From Lama guanicoe (Eukaryota), in NCBI GenBank assembly GCA_013239625.1, contig MU054323.1, positions 2,716,161 through 2,780,160 of the forward strand: a stretch of 64,000 bases of DNA. The letters are read 5' to 3'. The position numbers were made by a program, and so were the translations under genes. Shown piece after piece: positions 39,244 to 52,767 of this stretch. Numbering within the stretch: the first letter of the stretch is position 1; every line of letters begins with the position of its first letter. The notes beneath the pieces are model-generated. The model saw only the letters and a program-made list of their open reading frames with translations. It had not been told where the DNA came from and did not search any database.

Positions 39244-39969
39244 TGAGTAAGTGACATCTCCCGGTGCCCCTTCCTTGAAAAGTCTCAAATCCAGTTGTCC
39301 CTAACCATAACTGAGAGTTCCCCTCCCTTCTTTAAATGTACTTTTTTGAGTTACGAAATTCGCATTTACTCGTTTAAAACTACACACCTTCTTGCCCTTC
39401 CAAAGAAGAAACACGGTTTCTGTTTTCCCTGCTCCAGATTTGTGAGAGCCTGGGAGGGTTTTGTTTTGTTTTTAATAATCCGAAATCCTCGGCAATGATC
39501 TACCACCAAACCACCATTCGTTTCCGGTCCTGGGAAAAACAATGAACGAGAATCTACCGTTAAACTTTTCTACACTCTCAGAGCTGGGTTAGCGCTACCT
39601 GCCAGGTGGCTCCCTCGAGGTGAGGAGGTTCGGACTCTTGCGCGATCCCTTCCCAGCTGGGCGCTCGCTCCTCGGTACCTCGCCCCTCCCAGGATGCCCA
39701 CTCGGCTTTCTGAAGAACTAAAGGAATGGGGAGAGGGAGCTTGCTTCTGTGAATCGGGTTCCCTGAAACTCGCGATGCTTCCCACCCTTTCCCTCCTTCT
39801 TCCCAGGCTACCGGACTCCAGGTCCTTTCCTGCTCCTTCCTTCCTCGAATTCCCCACGGAATACTTGAGCTGGACGCTCTCTACTCCTTGGCATCAAAGC
39901 TGCAACGTTAAAAGGTGAAAGATTTATACGATCTGAAGAGAAACAAGGGTATAAAGCTGCAACTTAAAA

Positions 39970-40300
39970 ATTTTTTTTAATTTTTACTGAGGTCTAATTG
40001 ACATGTAACATTGTGTAAGTTTAATGTGTACAAAGAGTTACTGCAATATGATTACCACCACCAAACCCTGGCTAGTCAACACCTCTATCACTTCACATGA
40101 TCAGTGTTTCTTTTTTGTGGTGAGAACAATTGAGATCTAGTTTCTTAGCAACTTTGGAGTTTATAATACAGTATTGTTGACTATAGTCACGATGCATCTC
40201 CAGAACTTACCTAATAGTTGCAAGTTTATACCCTTAACATCTCCACAATTCCCCTAACCCCCAGCCCCCCATAACCAGGATTCTACTCTGTTTTACAAGT
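39970..40300 (-). mobile_element. L1MA-type 3' end, antisense
   Basis: Poly(T) start then TAATTGACATGTAACATTGTGTAAGTTTAA...AGTATTGTTGACTATAGTCAC...TTCTACTCTG. Confidence 0.8.
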
Positions 40301-42162
40301 TCAGCAAAGCTGCATGTTCTCTTTCCCTTGTCATCAAAGCTCTAGCTTTCGGTATAGAGACTGCAAGAGAAAAGTCGTAAAAATACACCTGTTCACATGC
40401 TCTTTGGTCTGTCCTTTGTCTACAAAAGAAAACAGGGTGTCGGAGATCCTTGGGAGCTTCAGCTGTGCTGCTTTCACAGGCCTTTACCCACCTTCTTTGC
40501 AACGCTCCTTGCCGACACCCTGGGAAGTTTAGAGCTGAAATTGCACAATTTCTAATGAGGAAGAAAACAGAGGCTGAAATTGCTTTCCAAGACCGATTAT
40601 TCCAAGACTGTTACAGCACTCCTTGGAGCAAAGGCTTGAGCTCATGTGCAGAGAAAAGAAGCTAGGGACTGAGGGAAAGACAAGACTCCCTGCCCCTGCC
40701 CCTGCCCCTGCTCCAGGCTGTCAGAGAAGGACTCTGCTCCCTGCCACCCATCATTCTCTGCTCCAGCAAGAGATACAGGGTTTCCCAGTTCCTCTGGGAA
40801 AAGTGTTTGCAATGAGAGGTGGAAAGGGAAGGGACCTGACTTAGACATTCCAAAGAACAGCTAAGGCCACCAACACTCCCTATGTAATTTGAAGCCCAGG
40901 GGTGCCTCACCCTGATGCATGGATAATGACATTGACTTGATGGAAGGGGATGGGGGCTTCTGCCTCTTTAGTGTTTACGGCAGGGGTCTTCCTGCATTCA
41001 GACTGTCACATTGAAGAAGTGTTGGGTCCCCAAAGTAGTGACCCAAAAGGGAGAGAAGCAACCGCCCGTGGGAACTTGGAAGGCACCCAGATACAGCTCT
41101 GAAAAAGGGTGTCCCTCCACCAGGTGTAAGTGAAGCCCAAGCCCCGGCTGTGAGGAGTATGGGGTGGGCTGAGAGACTGGAATTGAGGGTGCTCTGTGAT
41201 ATTTGCTCCTTGGGCAAATCCAAAGTGACAGGCAAGCTAGGAGAGGGCCACCCCATCTGCTAGAAGAACCTTCGTTTCTCTGATTTCTGTGAAGTTAGGC
41301 TCGGGAGGAGAAGGAGTGATACTCATGGATCTGAGCCACATCACAGCGTAGCAGGGTGTCTGCACAGAGCAGGACCCTGTTCAGCCAGCATCAAGGCCAG
41401 GTGGGCATCCTCCCTGGTCTCAGCTGGCACTTAGAATGCCAGCTCCCACCATAGCTTCTTTTATTCCCAGGTGACTCCAGGCAAGTCCGTTTGCTGGTCA
41501 TACCTCCAATTCCCCACATGAGAACCGTTCCTCTGAAGAGAAAAGCATTTGCAGAACCACTGTGAGCAAATCCAAAGTTCAAAAAAGGGACCTATATTAG
41601 CCCATGATTTTTCACTTCAAAATGACTAATGGTTGAGTTCCTTTGGTGTATTTGGGCACTCGTTTGCATATCGCATGGCAACGGTAAGGAAATGCAGAGA
41701 AAACTTAAAACTAGAGCATGATTATCAATGTGTTCCAGATAAAGAATTTCTGGAATCATGACCTGGTTTGCCAAAAATTCCATCTGTAACAAACACTTCA
41801 GGAGATTTATCTTAAAAAGGATAAGCCATGTACGATAGCAAGGCTTGGTCTTTCTTAATTTTCTGAGAAGATGGCCAGGGGGAGCTGCAGAAGGCCACCA
41901 AACCTAAATGAATGGGAAAAGCTGGGTTCTCAATGCTCAGGCTCCTGCACAGGAAACAACTGATGGAAAGCGTGGTGCCCTCATCAGGATGCTGACACAG
42001 AGCGTTTCAATCTCAGTCCACTGGGTACAAAGGCCACCCACTGAGGAAAGGGAGGACCGGCAACCTCCCCCTGCTGCCACCTGCAGCTCAGTTTAAGAGG
42101 TAGTCAGCTCGCTAATTCTTGCTGGAGTGATAACCAACAGTTAACGTGTTATTGGTTCAAGA

Positions 42163-42820
42163 AAGTGCTTTTCAAAATTCTATACCACATCATATTAAGT
42201 GAAGTAAGTCAGACAGAGAAAGACAAATATCATATGGTATCACTTATATGTGGACTCTAAAAAGAGATACAAATTTTATTTACAAACCAGAAATAAGACT
42301 TATGGACAGAGAAAATAAACTGTGGTTACCAAAGGGGAATGAGGAAGAGGGATAAATTAGGAGTTTGGGATTGACAGATACACACTACTATATATAAAAT
42401 AGATAAACAACAAGGACCTACTCTCTAGCACAGGAAACTATATTCAATTTCTTTTTTTAAAAATTTCTTATAATAAGCTACAATGGAAAACAATCTGAAA
42501 ATATGCGTGTGTGTCTGTATATAAATGTATATGTTATACATATATATATACACATATATGTGTAACTGAATTGTTTTGCTATACACCTGAAACTAATGTT
42601 GTAAATCAACGACACTTCAATAAAAAATAAAATTAGGAAAAATTTCCGTGCCTTGGAGTCACGCTGAGTTTTCACAGTGCAGATTCCCAGGCCCCACCCT
42701 CAGCATTTCTGATTTAGGAGGTCTGCTGTGGGCCGTGAGAGCCTGCACGTTTGAAAAGCTCCACAGCTGACTGGGATACCACTGGTCTTTTGAGTGCACG
42801 TACAGTGAGCATCACTGGTA
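42163..42820. mobile_element. MER5-like DNA transposon split by the L1 at 42187
   Basis: AGTGCTTTTCAAA before the L1; TGCAGATTCCCAGGCCCCACCCTCAG..TTCTGATTTAGGAGGTCTG after it. Confidence 0.6.
42187..42635 (+). mobile_element. Artiodactyl-type L1 3' end
   Basis: CATATTAAGTGAAGTAAGTCAGACAGAGAAAGACAAATATCATATG...GGGATAAATTAGGAGTTTGGGATT...CTATACACCTGAAACT...CAATAAAAAATAAAA. Confidence 0.9.
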
Positions 42821-44296
42821 AAGTAGGAGTCTGCCCCATGGCATCCTGGTTTTGCTCAGGATTTCAAGGACTAAAAAGTTATCCAGCGTCAAAGAAAAGG
42901 CTCTTCATGAAAGCAGTTCACACTTGTTAAGTGTTTCATGTTGTAAACCTCGTTTTCCTTACCTGTAAAGGAAGAGGACTGGACTTGATCATCATCAAGC
43001 CCTCTCAATGCCACAACTTTAGGATCCACTTGGTGCCCTGGGATGATGAGGGATTTGGGGGCGATGCTTGGGTTTCCCGCCACTCACATCACATACGAGG
43101 CTCCCATGCTACCAACATGCAGCATTTATCCAAGTGAGTGAGCCATCCTGGGTCTTGAGAAAAATACCCATCTCAGCCCACAGAGGGGAAAAAAGTCACT
43201 TTTCTCCACTGAGACAACAGAGGGAGGCCCAGGAGAGAACCAGCCAGCAAAGATAACCTTGGAAGTTAGGTCAAGCAGAGGCCACAGGGATGTGCAGCTT
43301 CAGGCACGTGGGAATTAGCCTCTGTGCTGGAGGCCTGATCGCACTTGGGGTAAAGGGGCGGGGGGACGCCTCTGACATCACCTGGTCGTCCTTGTTTTCA
43401 GTCCATAGTTTGTTCTGAGTGTTGCTGGAAGGAGAAGGAGCTAAATAGGCTAAGTGCTGAGTTTCTGTTTGCCCGTGCGCTCTGCACGTTCCAGATTTTG
43501 TAGTAGGTTTGATGGTGGGAATTCTCCACACAGAAGCAGTCTGAACAGCTGGCCCGAAACACCCTGTGTTACTTGGGTCATGACTTAAGCTGCTAACCAA
43601 TAGGGTTCCATTTTTATGTTTTTCTTTCATTTTGACAGTACTTTCCAATTTTATTTTGGTTAAAAAGAAGGGATTTTTTGGTCTATTTACATGCCTATTA
43701 ATGAACATGCCACTTTACATGTCTTATTAATTTTAAAAGCTATGCGAAGTGTCCTAGACAAGTACTATCAATTTTAATCACCTATGGCGTAGAGATGCGG
43801 TAACGTACAAACCTCTTAGAAAGTGTTTATACGGCTTTCCTCAAGTCCAGTGCATACCCTGGTTTGATGGGAAGGACCCACGATTTCCATTGCTGACACA
43901 ACTGGAGTGATTTCAGGAGCTCTGTTGTGTGGTGTCTCCAGAAAGAGGCATCATTCTGGGTGCTTCTGTTTTATTAACAGAGACGCGAGGTCCTGGGCCT
44001 CCCGTCCTGGAAGTGGGCTGAAGCCTCAGAGGGCAGAGGCAGACACAGTTCTCCCCAGGGTCCTCCCCTCTCCTGAGCTGGTGGGCTCCGCCTGCCTGCA
44101 TATTCGGCCTGACTCCTCACAGCAAACCCAAGAGGTCGGTATCGTGATTATTCCTTTTCTTGTCTGAGCAGACTTGGCTTAGAAATATCACATCGCCTGT
44201 CCCTACACCACGTAGCTAGGTAAGTCTGGAACCAGGACTCAAACCCAGGTGCATTTGATTCCAAAGCCCAAGTTCAAAAGGAAGGCACCCTGCTCG

Positions 44297-46157
44297 GCAG
44301 TTCTGAAGTGTGGTCTGCTGATGGCATCGGCATCACCTGGGGAACCTGTTAGAAATACAGGTGTTTCACTACCCAAGGCAATCTACAGATTAAATGTAAT
44401 CCCTATGAAATTACACAGGACATATTTCACAGAACTAGAACAAATCATAATAAAATTTATATGGAACCATCAAAGATCTAGAATTGCCAAAGCATTACTG
44501 AAGAGAAAGAAAGAGGCTGGAGGAATAACTCTCCCAGACTTCAGACAATACTATAGAGCTACAGTCATCAAGACAGCATGGTATTGGTACCAAAACAGAC
44601 ATATAGACCAATGGAACAGAATAGAGAGCCCAGAAATGAACCCACAAACTTTTGGTCAACTAATCTTCGACAAAGGAGGCAAGAATATACAATGGAATAA
44701 AGACAGTCTCTTCAGCAAATGATGTTGGGAAAACTGGACAGCAGCATGTAAAACAGTGAAGCTAGAACACTCCCTTACACCATATACAAAAATCAACTCA
44801 AAATGGATCAAAGACTTAAACATAAGACAAGATACAATAAACCTCCTAGAGGAAAACATAGGCAAAACATTATCTGACATACATTTCAAAAATTTTCTCC
44901 TAGAAGAAATAAAAGCAAGAATAAACAAATGGGACCTAATGAAACTTACAAGCTTCTGCACAGCAAAGGAAACCAGAAATAAAACAAGAAGAAAACCTAC
45001 GGAATGGGAGAAAATTTTTGCAAGTGAAACCGACAAAGGCTTGATCTCCAGAATATATAAGCAGCTCATACGACTCAATAAGAAAAAAATAAACAACCCA
45101 ATCCAAAAATGGGCAGAAGACCTAAACAAGCAATTCTCCAAGGAAGACATACAAATGATCAAAAAGCACATGAAAAAATGCTCAATATCACTAATTATCA
45201 GAGAAATGCAAATCAAAACTACAATGAGGTATCACCTCACACCAGTCAGAATGGCCGTCATTCAAAAATCCAAAAATGACAAATGCTGGAGAGGCTGTGG
45301 AGAAAGGGGAACCCTCCTACACTGCTGGTGGGAATGCAGTTTGGTGCAGCCACTATGGAAAACAGTGTGGAGATTCCTCAAAAGACTAGGAATAGACTTA
45401 CCATATGACCCAGGAATCCCACTCCTGGGCTTGTATCCAGAAGGAAATCTACTTCAGGATGACACCTGCACCCCAATGTTCATAGCAGCACTATTTACAA
45501 TAGCCAAAACATGGAAACAGCCTAAATGTCCATCAACAGGTGACTGGATAAAGAAGAGGTGGTATATTTATACAATGGAATACTACTCAGCCATAAAAAC
45601 CGACAACATAATGCCATTTGCAGCAACATGGATGCTCCTAGAGAATGTCATTCTAAGTGAAGTAAGCCAGAAAGAGAAAGAAAAATACCATATGAGATCG
45701 CTCATATGTGGAATCTAAAAAACAAAAACAAACAAACAAACAAAAACAAAGCATAAATACAGGACAGAAATAGACTCATGGACAGAGAATACAGACTTGT
45801 GGTTACCGGGGGGGTAGAGGGTGGGAAGGGATAGACTGGGATTTCAAAATTGTAGAATAGATAAACAAGATTACACTGTATAGCACAGGGAAATATACAC
45901 AAAATGTTATGATAAATCACAGAGAAAAAAATGTGACAATGAGTGTGTATATGTCCATGAATGACTGAAAAATTGTGCTGAACACTGGAATTTGACACAA
46001 CATTGTTAAATGATTATAAATCAATAAAAAATGTTTAAAAAAAAAGAAGAAATGCAGGTGCTTGGGCCCTTCCCCAGACCTGCTGATGGCGAAGCTGCAT
46101 TTGAGCAAGACCCTCGCCCCCAGATGGATGCACGTGAATGCCTGCATGGCACACTGT
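44297..46157. mobile_element. MER5A-like DNA transposon split by the young L1
   Basis: GCAGTTCTGAAGTGTGGTC...GGCATCACCTGGGGAACCTGTTAGAAAT| and |GCAGGTGCTTGGGCCCTTCCCCAGACCTGCTGA...TGCATTTGAGCAAG join seamlessly across the TSD. Confidence 0.8.
44364..46047 (+). mobile_element. Young 5'-truncated L1 (ORF2 C-terminal part, 3'UTR, poly(A)) with 13-bp TSD
   Basis: ORF2-like translation (LPKAIYRLN...[13 protein letters not shown]...MRYHLTP...[14 protein letters not shown]...ICGI) with an in-frame TGA at 44720-44722. AATAAA plus A tail. TSD AGAAATACAGGTG (44351-44363) / AGAAATGCAGGTG (46048-46060). Confidence 0.97.
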
Positions 46158-49054
46158 TCTGACCCCAAGTCCCAAGCCCCAGCCCTGCTCAGGGTCTTAG
46201 TCCTAAAAGCAGGATTTAATCTCATCTTCTAGAACAGACTAGAAAAGCTGCTGGATGTACAAAATCAAATCAAAAGCCCATAGACTCAAGCTTAGAAAAA
46301 CCACGACACCAAACTGTAGGTGCCTTAGGGACCCACAAACCCTACCGTGGGCCGAGAGTGAGCAGTATGGTCTGGCCAGCAACCTGGCTCTGGCCTTTCC
46401 ACGGGGTCATACTCCTCTGGAGGTTAGACTGACCAAGGAGAGAAGCCACTGAGAAGGATGAGCAGGGCTCAGCCTCTCCATAAGAAGGGGTGGGCTTCAG
46501 AGCTTGCTTTAGGAGATGGGGGATAAGGAAAGGAGTGGAGCCTGGTAGCATACAGGGGAGCAATGGTACCTGCCTCCACCTTCCTCCTCCCAGTCAAAGA
46601 GAAAGTAAGAAGGGGCTCCTAAGATCTCCAGGGAGGCATGAACTTACACAGTAATGTACATATTAATCAGGATATTTGCACACTAACGATGCATGGTTCA
46701 TGCATCATTTGGGCCCAGGTGACATTTTTAGATTCAAAAGGCATCTATAATTAGCAATTGCATGTTAAAATTTTGCAAAGGGCTGGCCACTCACAAACCA
46801 CAAAGTTCTTAAATACGCACTCTTATCTGATTATCCCAATCTCTGCCAAACTCAGTGTAGTTATACCATCTTCATCAACACTCTGCCAACAGAAAGAACA
46901 CAGTTTCAGCAAGTGTGCTTCATCTTCTCTTCAAGTCCCAGCTTTGAAATCAAATGCAGAGGACGCTTCAGTTGAGGCACGGTGGCCCAGGTTGGAGCAT
47001 CAGCTGTTGCCCCTGTGGGCGGCATGGGCTCCCGCTCATCGTGTCTTGTCTTCTTCTTTCAGGCTGGCCCTGTTTGCCTCTCTCCCTTATTCTGAGGCTG
47101 GAGGGGCTGCAAGAATCACCACATCAAGGGAACTGCCCATTTTAAGAGCAGAGTCTGGAAAGAATCATGTTTAACCTACAAGATTGGCATAGAAATGGTA
47201 GAATTGCCTCTATTCCAAAAAGCACAGAGTATAAACTCTTGGAGGAAACTTAAACATATCGTCTTTGACACCTCCGTTTCACAGATGAGAAACCTGAACC
47301 TCCAAATACGATTTACCTGGAGACACAACAGCAGCTCGGAGCTGGAATTCCTGACGTCTGCTGGGGACTCCTCATACTCTGCTCACTGCTCCCCGTTTCT
47401 GTGAGTTAGGCTTTTAAAGGAGGGGGTCTTACGAGGGCCTCCCTTTGTCCTGTGTCTTCAGAGGACCAAGCCTGTATTAGGTAATGATGTTCTGGGTATG
47501 GGGCCCTCCACAAACCCCGCAGGCAGGCCGCGGTGCACAGGTGCCCCGATGGCGGCTGGGGCCAGGGGTTCGGATGATTGCTGCTCGTGATGTAGCAGCT
47601 TTATGAAAACATTAAATGTCATTACTTATTTCTTCATGTCCAAAACGTATACTTCAACATTTTTTCTCTGCAGACAAGTGTCACTTTTACTGCAGTCTTC
47701 AGGCCAGATGTTCCCAGTCTAAGTGGTAACAGCTGCCACGCTGGCAGGCGAGTGGCTCCAGCTAAGTCACTTTCCAAAAGACCCCAAAGCCCTCTCTGCA
47801 AAAACACTGGCATGACAGGAGGAACCCTTACCTGGCCCTCCCGAGTGGCTCGGGAAACCACGGGGAAGGCTGGAACCGGGGCATTTGGGCCGGCAGGATG
47901 CCAGGCCGCGGCTGCATTTCCCTCCTCCCTCTTTGATGAGCTGGAAACCCTGGGTAGGAGAGCTGACTCTGCCTCCTTCCCTTCCGGCTGCCTTTCAAAG
48001 CCGCGTTTGTAGTGCCATCACCCATTAGCCACGTCCTCATTTGTCTGGGGACCTAGTCGGTTCCCTTGCTCTCTGTCAGCCTCGCAGTAGCCTTCTATGA
48101 TCTCGAGTTGACATTCTATTGTTTTTGAACATCGCTCAAGTTGCAGCCGCCTGGTAGCACTTATCTTCTCAGTTCCCGTGGGCCTTGGTGAATTCCTCAG
48201 TAAGGTCCCATCTCAGCATCAGCGTTTCCAGAAATCCAGGCACAATTTGCTTCCATCTTCAGCTGAGACTGGAGACTTGATTCAGCCAAAAAGTCACTCT
48301 TGCCTTTGCAATTTTTGGCTCTCTGGCTAGCCTATTATCCAAGAATGTCATCCTGTTGGGTACAGCTGAATTTATATGACACACACCTACATGGATAGGC
48401 ACGCAGACACAAACGCTCTCTGGACGTCACATGAGGGAGCTAAGGGTGGCTGCAGCAGAAGCTTCCCCCCAAGAAGTGGCGAGCTCATTCAAAGTTCTGG
48501 CTCCTTCAGATGGGAGTGAGGCCAGCGCTGGGCAGGAGTAAATCACGTTGGTATCGCCAGACTCTGGCGAGATGTGAACACAAAGAATGGATTACCTTCT
48601 GGGCCTGAGCTTTCAAGAGGTCAGTTGCAGCAAAGGTCATTTGGCCCAGGGTCTCCAGGAGTGGTCCAGCCACTGCCCCTCCATCCAGGATCATGGGTCT
48701 CAGCCCTGTGAAGAAGCAGCTCCCACCACAGAAAGACCAAGAAGTGGTGGAAAGAGCTGGGTTTGGGACCACACAGAACTGGTTTCTAGTCCCGACCTGG
48801 CGTCTTACTAGCTATTGGTTCTTGGGTAAGCTGCTTAACTGCTTAGAACTTCATCTGTAAAATGGGATGAACACCCATCTGTTCTATGAGATGACTGTGA
48901 TTAATGAACCAACATTTGTAAAGCTCAAAGGGAGGAACTAGTAAATGTTGTCTCCCTCTTCTGCTGGGACCAGACTGTGGCTTCATCACTTCTTGACCTG
49001 AGTGGTCTTTTAAGAGAACCCCCACCTTGAAGTCAGTACAGGCGGAGCGACCGT

Positions 49055-49650
49055 GGCAGTTATGACACCAGTGGTGCTCGGTTCCAACCCACGTTTCTAC
49101 ACTCTGCCTTGTGATGCTGGGGCTGGGACGCTGCGAACTGCACTTTTCCTCTCCCGGCTGTTAGACTTGGCAAGTAGGTGGCATCAGGAGGAAACTGGAA
49201 GGCTGTCTGCTGGCTGCTCGTCAGTGTTGCCCTAGTGCTGCCCTCTCCTCAGCATCACAGAGTGGTTCCAGTTTCCAGCTTCTTCCAGCTCTCCTAGCAC
49301 CGGCCTCATCACGTCCCAGGAAGGTGCATCGCCAGCCAGCAGCACCCACCCTCAGAGATCTGAGCCCCTGCTTCACGGACTTCCCCTCATGAGCCCCTGA
49401 GCCTTTCAGAAGCAGAAGGGAAGTGCTCCCTCCCCAGGCGGCTGAGCCCCAGCTCTGCAGTCTATCCTCCGCTTCTAGGTTCTTTGCCTCTTTTCCTGTT
49501 TCCCTACCCGGATTACCTCTGTGTTACTGAGCTGCTCCCACTGTGCTTTCTTAGACTCACCTGCTGGTTTAACCCACGTTCTCAGTTAAACTCTCTCTGT
49601 TGAAATGCCTCACATGGTATCTGTTTTCCCACCTGGACTGACCAATCCAG
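49055..49650 (+). mobile_element. ERVL solo LTR (LTR33-like)
   Basis: CTCTGCCTTGTGATGCTGGGGCTGGGACGCTGC start; TTAAACTCTCTCTGTTGAAAT...TCTGTTTTCC...GGACTGACCAATCCA end. Confidence 0.65.
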
Positions 49651-51919
49651 GGACTCCTGTCAGTGTGCCTAGACTACCTGATTCACACGTGTTCCTGGCA
49701 TCTTGTCTTGTTTAGCATCCGCCCCAAACAACATTGTCTTGGTTTCCATGACAACCTGGGAGGTAGGTCACTTTAAGGTACAGCGGCCCCCCATTAACAG
49801 GACACAGGGGAAGGACTTGAAGTACCACGTGCATGTATTAGGCTTCTTACTGTAGATTTCTATCATTTCTCTCTGATCCAGAGCCTTCCTTGTGTTCTCT
49901 ACTTTGGAACAGGTCATTCCCATCGATTGTTTAAAGACGGACAGCTTCTGCAGATACTGGAGCTACAAAAGCCCACGCCATCTCTTTCTTGCGATTTACA
50001 AATTAGCCCACAAGTGGCTGTTTTCATGCTCCCTTTCCAGCCCAATCTAGGGAAGTGACCTGTTCCACTTAAAATGCTTCAGATACAAAGACTTTTATTT
50101 CGACATTTTTTTTTCAGACCACGGTATCCCTTCCTATGCAATCCCAAAATGACTGGAATCTACTTAAAGGCTCTTACTTCCGAGCCTTTGATTAAGGTGT
50201 TCTCTTCGCTTGGAATGACAGGTTCCATCTTTTCAACTTAACTCATAGATTAGCCTCCCTTCTGCTCAAATGTCACCACCTCCTTGAACTCCTTCCCCCA
50301 GCGAGCGTCTTTGCTCTCTTACAAACCCATCCCATGTCATTCTCTAACTCACTTTTTTTTTTCTTTTTTGCACTCTACCATTTCTTACTGGGCTTGGTAC
50401 CTCTTATAATGGGATCTTATATAGCTATAACTTGAAATGCATCGTTAACTTGTCGATTTGACTGGTTGGCAAGTTCCTTGATAGAACTGCCTATATACTC
50501 TCTCTCTGAATCCCTCACAGCACTTATCCATCTTTTTTTTTTCTCTCTAGTAACATCAAATGTCTTCTGTTTAGTCCCTTTGTATCCATTCCTCTCTCTT
50601 TCCAAACTCACACACGTATCCGGATATTCTGCATTTTTTATACTTTTGTTCCTACTTTTCCTCTGCTTGGAGCTCTTCCCCACTTCACCTGACTCATCTG
50701 CCCAGACTCCTCCTGCAGAAGCCTCCGCTGATGCTCCAGGCTGAGCTAAGTCCACTTCCTCTCTCCTCCCACTGTGCCCTGTCACAGCTTCTATCCCCGC
50801 ACTGACCCTGTTGTACAGAAACCACCTCTTGCATGCCTGTCTCCTCCGACGGACTTCTCCATAAGCTCCCAGGATAGATGATGTGTCTTACGCGCCCCGT
50901 GCTCACAGGACGTAACATAATGCCTGTCACATAGGAGGGACTTGATAAATGTCTGTTGACCTAAACTTAATACGTTTTTGCTGAATGATTGAATGACAGT
51001 GAGGCGGCAAATCCACAAGCTGCCATTTTTCTCTCCTGGACACATGTTTATCTCCTTCTTCCCCTGCCAAAACCCCAACGACTGCTTCACTGTGCTGTAT
51101 AATCTTTCTGTCAGGTCTCTGACACACAAAACACATGTAATCATTCCATTATGAGGCCTGGCACTAAGTTTAAGCTGAGTGTACAGATTTATTAGATCTT
51201 GTACCAGGAAACCAGCGAGGCAGAGAGTTTAGGGGGATTTCCACAGGGGATGTAAAATGTTCATGAGCCCTTGTACTTCAAGGCAATTCTATTCTCCTGT
51301 GGGGGCCTCAACTGTCCTTGCACATTGGGTTTCTCCATCTTCCTTTAAGATATGCAGGCAGGTGACAGCTGTGGACTGACATGTAGAGGAAAGCAAGGGT
51401 CAAGGGCAAGAGCAAGCTGCACATTCACTGCTCGCCATAGCCCCACGTACTGTCCAGAATGCCCTGCACTACTGGCTCGCTGTTTCCATGCAAAGACCAG
51501 TCACACACAGCTGGGACAACCCGTCACTCGCAAGTGCACTCTGCACACTGGCTAGTTTGCTATGCTGACACAACTGCGAGCCTTGGGTGCAGACGACAAG
51601 GGTGTCCAGCGGGTGTTCTGACGTTCCCTGAGTGTCTGCTGTCCCTGCTGCCCCAGGAATGTGTCCTTTGCAAATCCTCTCCCAACTTTAAGGCTCAACT
51701 TAAATCCCACCTCCTCTATAAGCTTCATCAATCATTTTGGCTCAGAGGACTCTCTTAAAACTCCGAAGATGAATGAATGGCTCCCAATATAGTGCTTTGT
51801 GGCATCGTCTTAAAAAGAGAGTTTGGTGCAAACAGTCCTGGACTGGGGGTTTATGAAGCTCACACACTGGTTCCAGGTGCCTTTGTGATGTTGGCTAAGT
51901 CACTTCACATCCCTGAGTT

Positions 51920-52060
51920 TTTCTCCCCTCCCTCCTCCTCCTCCTTTCTACCTCCTCCCCCCTCCTCTCTTCTTTCTCCTGTGCCTTTATTTTCTATTCC
52001 TCATCCTTCTCCTTCTCCCCTTTCTTCTCTTCCTCCTCCTCCTGCTTCTTACTCTTCTGT
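51920..52060 (+). repeat. CT-rich (CCT)n low-complexity tract within a MIR remnant
   Basis: Polypyrimidine tract read directly. Confidence 0.85.
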
Positions 52061-52767
52061 GGGAGGGGGCAAAATAATCCCTGTCATGCTGCGTTGCCAG
52101 TTCTATGGGGAGAATCTAATGGTACGTGAAACCACCATGTGTGAAGACTACAGCATGGACAAGAGCAAAGGGTGGTGATTAGAAAGGAAGGGATGTAGAC
52201 CCTTTTCATTTCATAGACCCTGGCTGCCTTTAGGAGGGAGGTGGCAGCAGGAGGCAGAGACTAGTTGCAAAAGATCAAACAGACTTGAGAAAAAATAAAT
52301 TCCAGAGATGGAGGTCAAGTTTGAACTGAATGACTTGTTGCTGACAAAGCATCCATCAAGGGGGCCTGATACCAAAGGATGGATCATCCATCTGGTGGCC
52401 AAATCCTTGGAACAACCAGAGCAATTACTGAGTCCAGTACAGTTAACAAGCATCACATATACCATGGAAGGCACTGGAGATGCAGTGGTGGAAAAGGCAC
52501 CATTCTTGTCCTTACTAGAGTTTCTAATCTACTGGGGTAGACAGACTAGTGGACAGGAATGGAAATGCAGGGTGGTAGGTACTACAGAAAAGGGGAACAC
52601 AGGGTGCTATTGGAGGACACAGAGTGAGCACCTTGCTTGGTCTTGGAAGTTCAAGGAGAGTCTTCCAGGACAAGGTGACATCAGACTCAGGGATGCAGAT
52701 GGCAAATAAGGAATAAATAATAAGAAGCCTGAAAGCAGGGGTCTGAGGCCTCAGTTCATTGGACCAT

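Noticed and set aside
44249..44722. Apparent chimeric MER5/L1-ORF2 protein
   Set aside because: GTG start, chance in-frame junction at the insertion site and a premature stop; no sign of exaptation.
44656..45216. Hydrophobic 186-aa antisense ORF
   Set aside because: Standard antisense frame of A-rich L1 ORF2.
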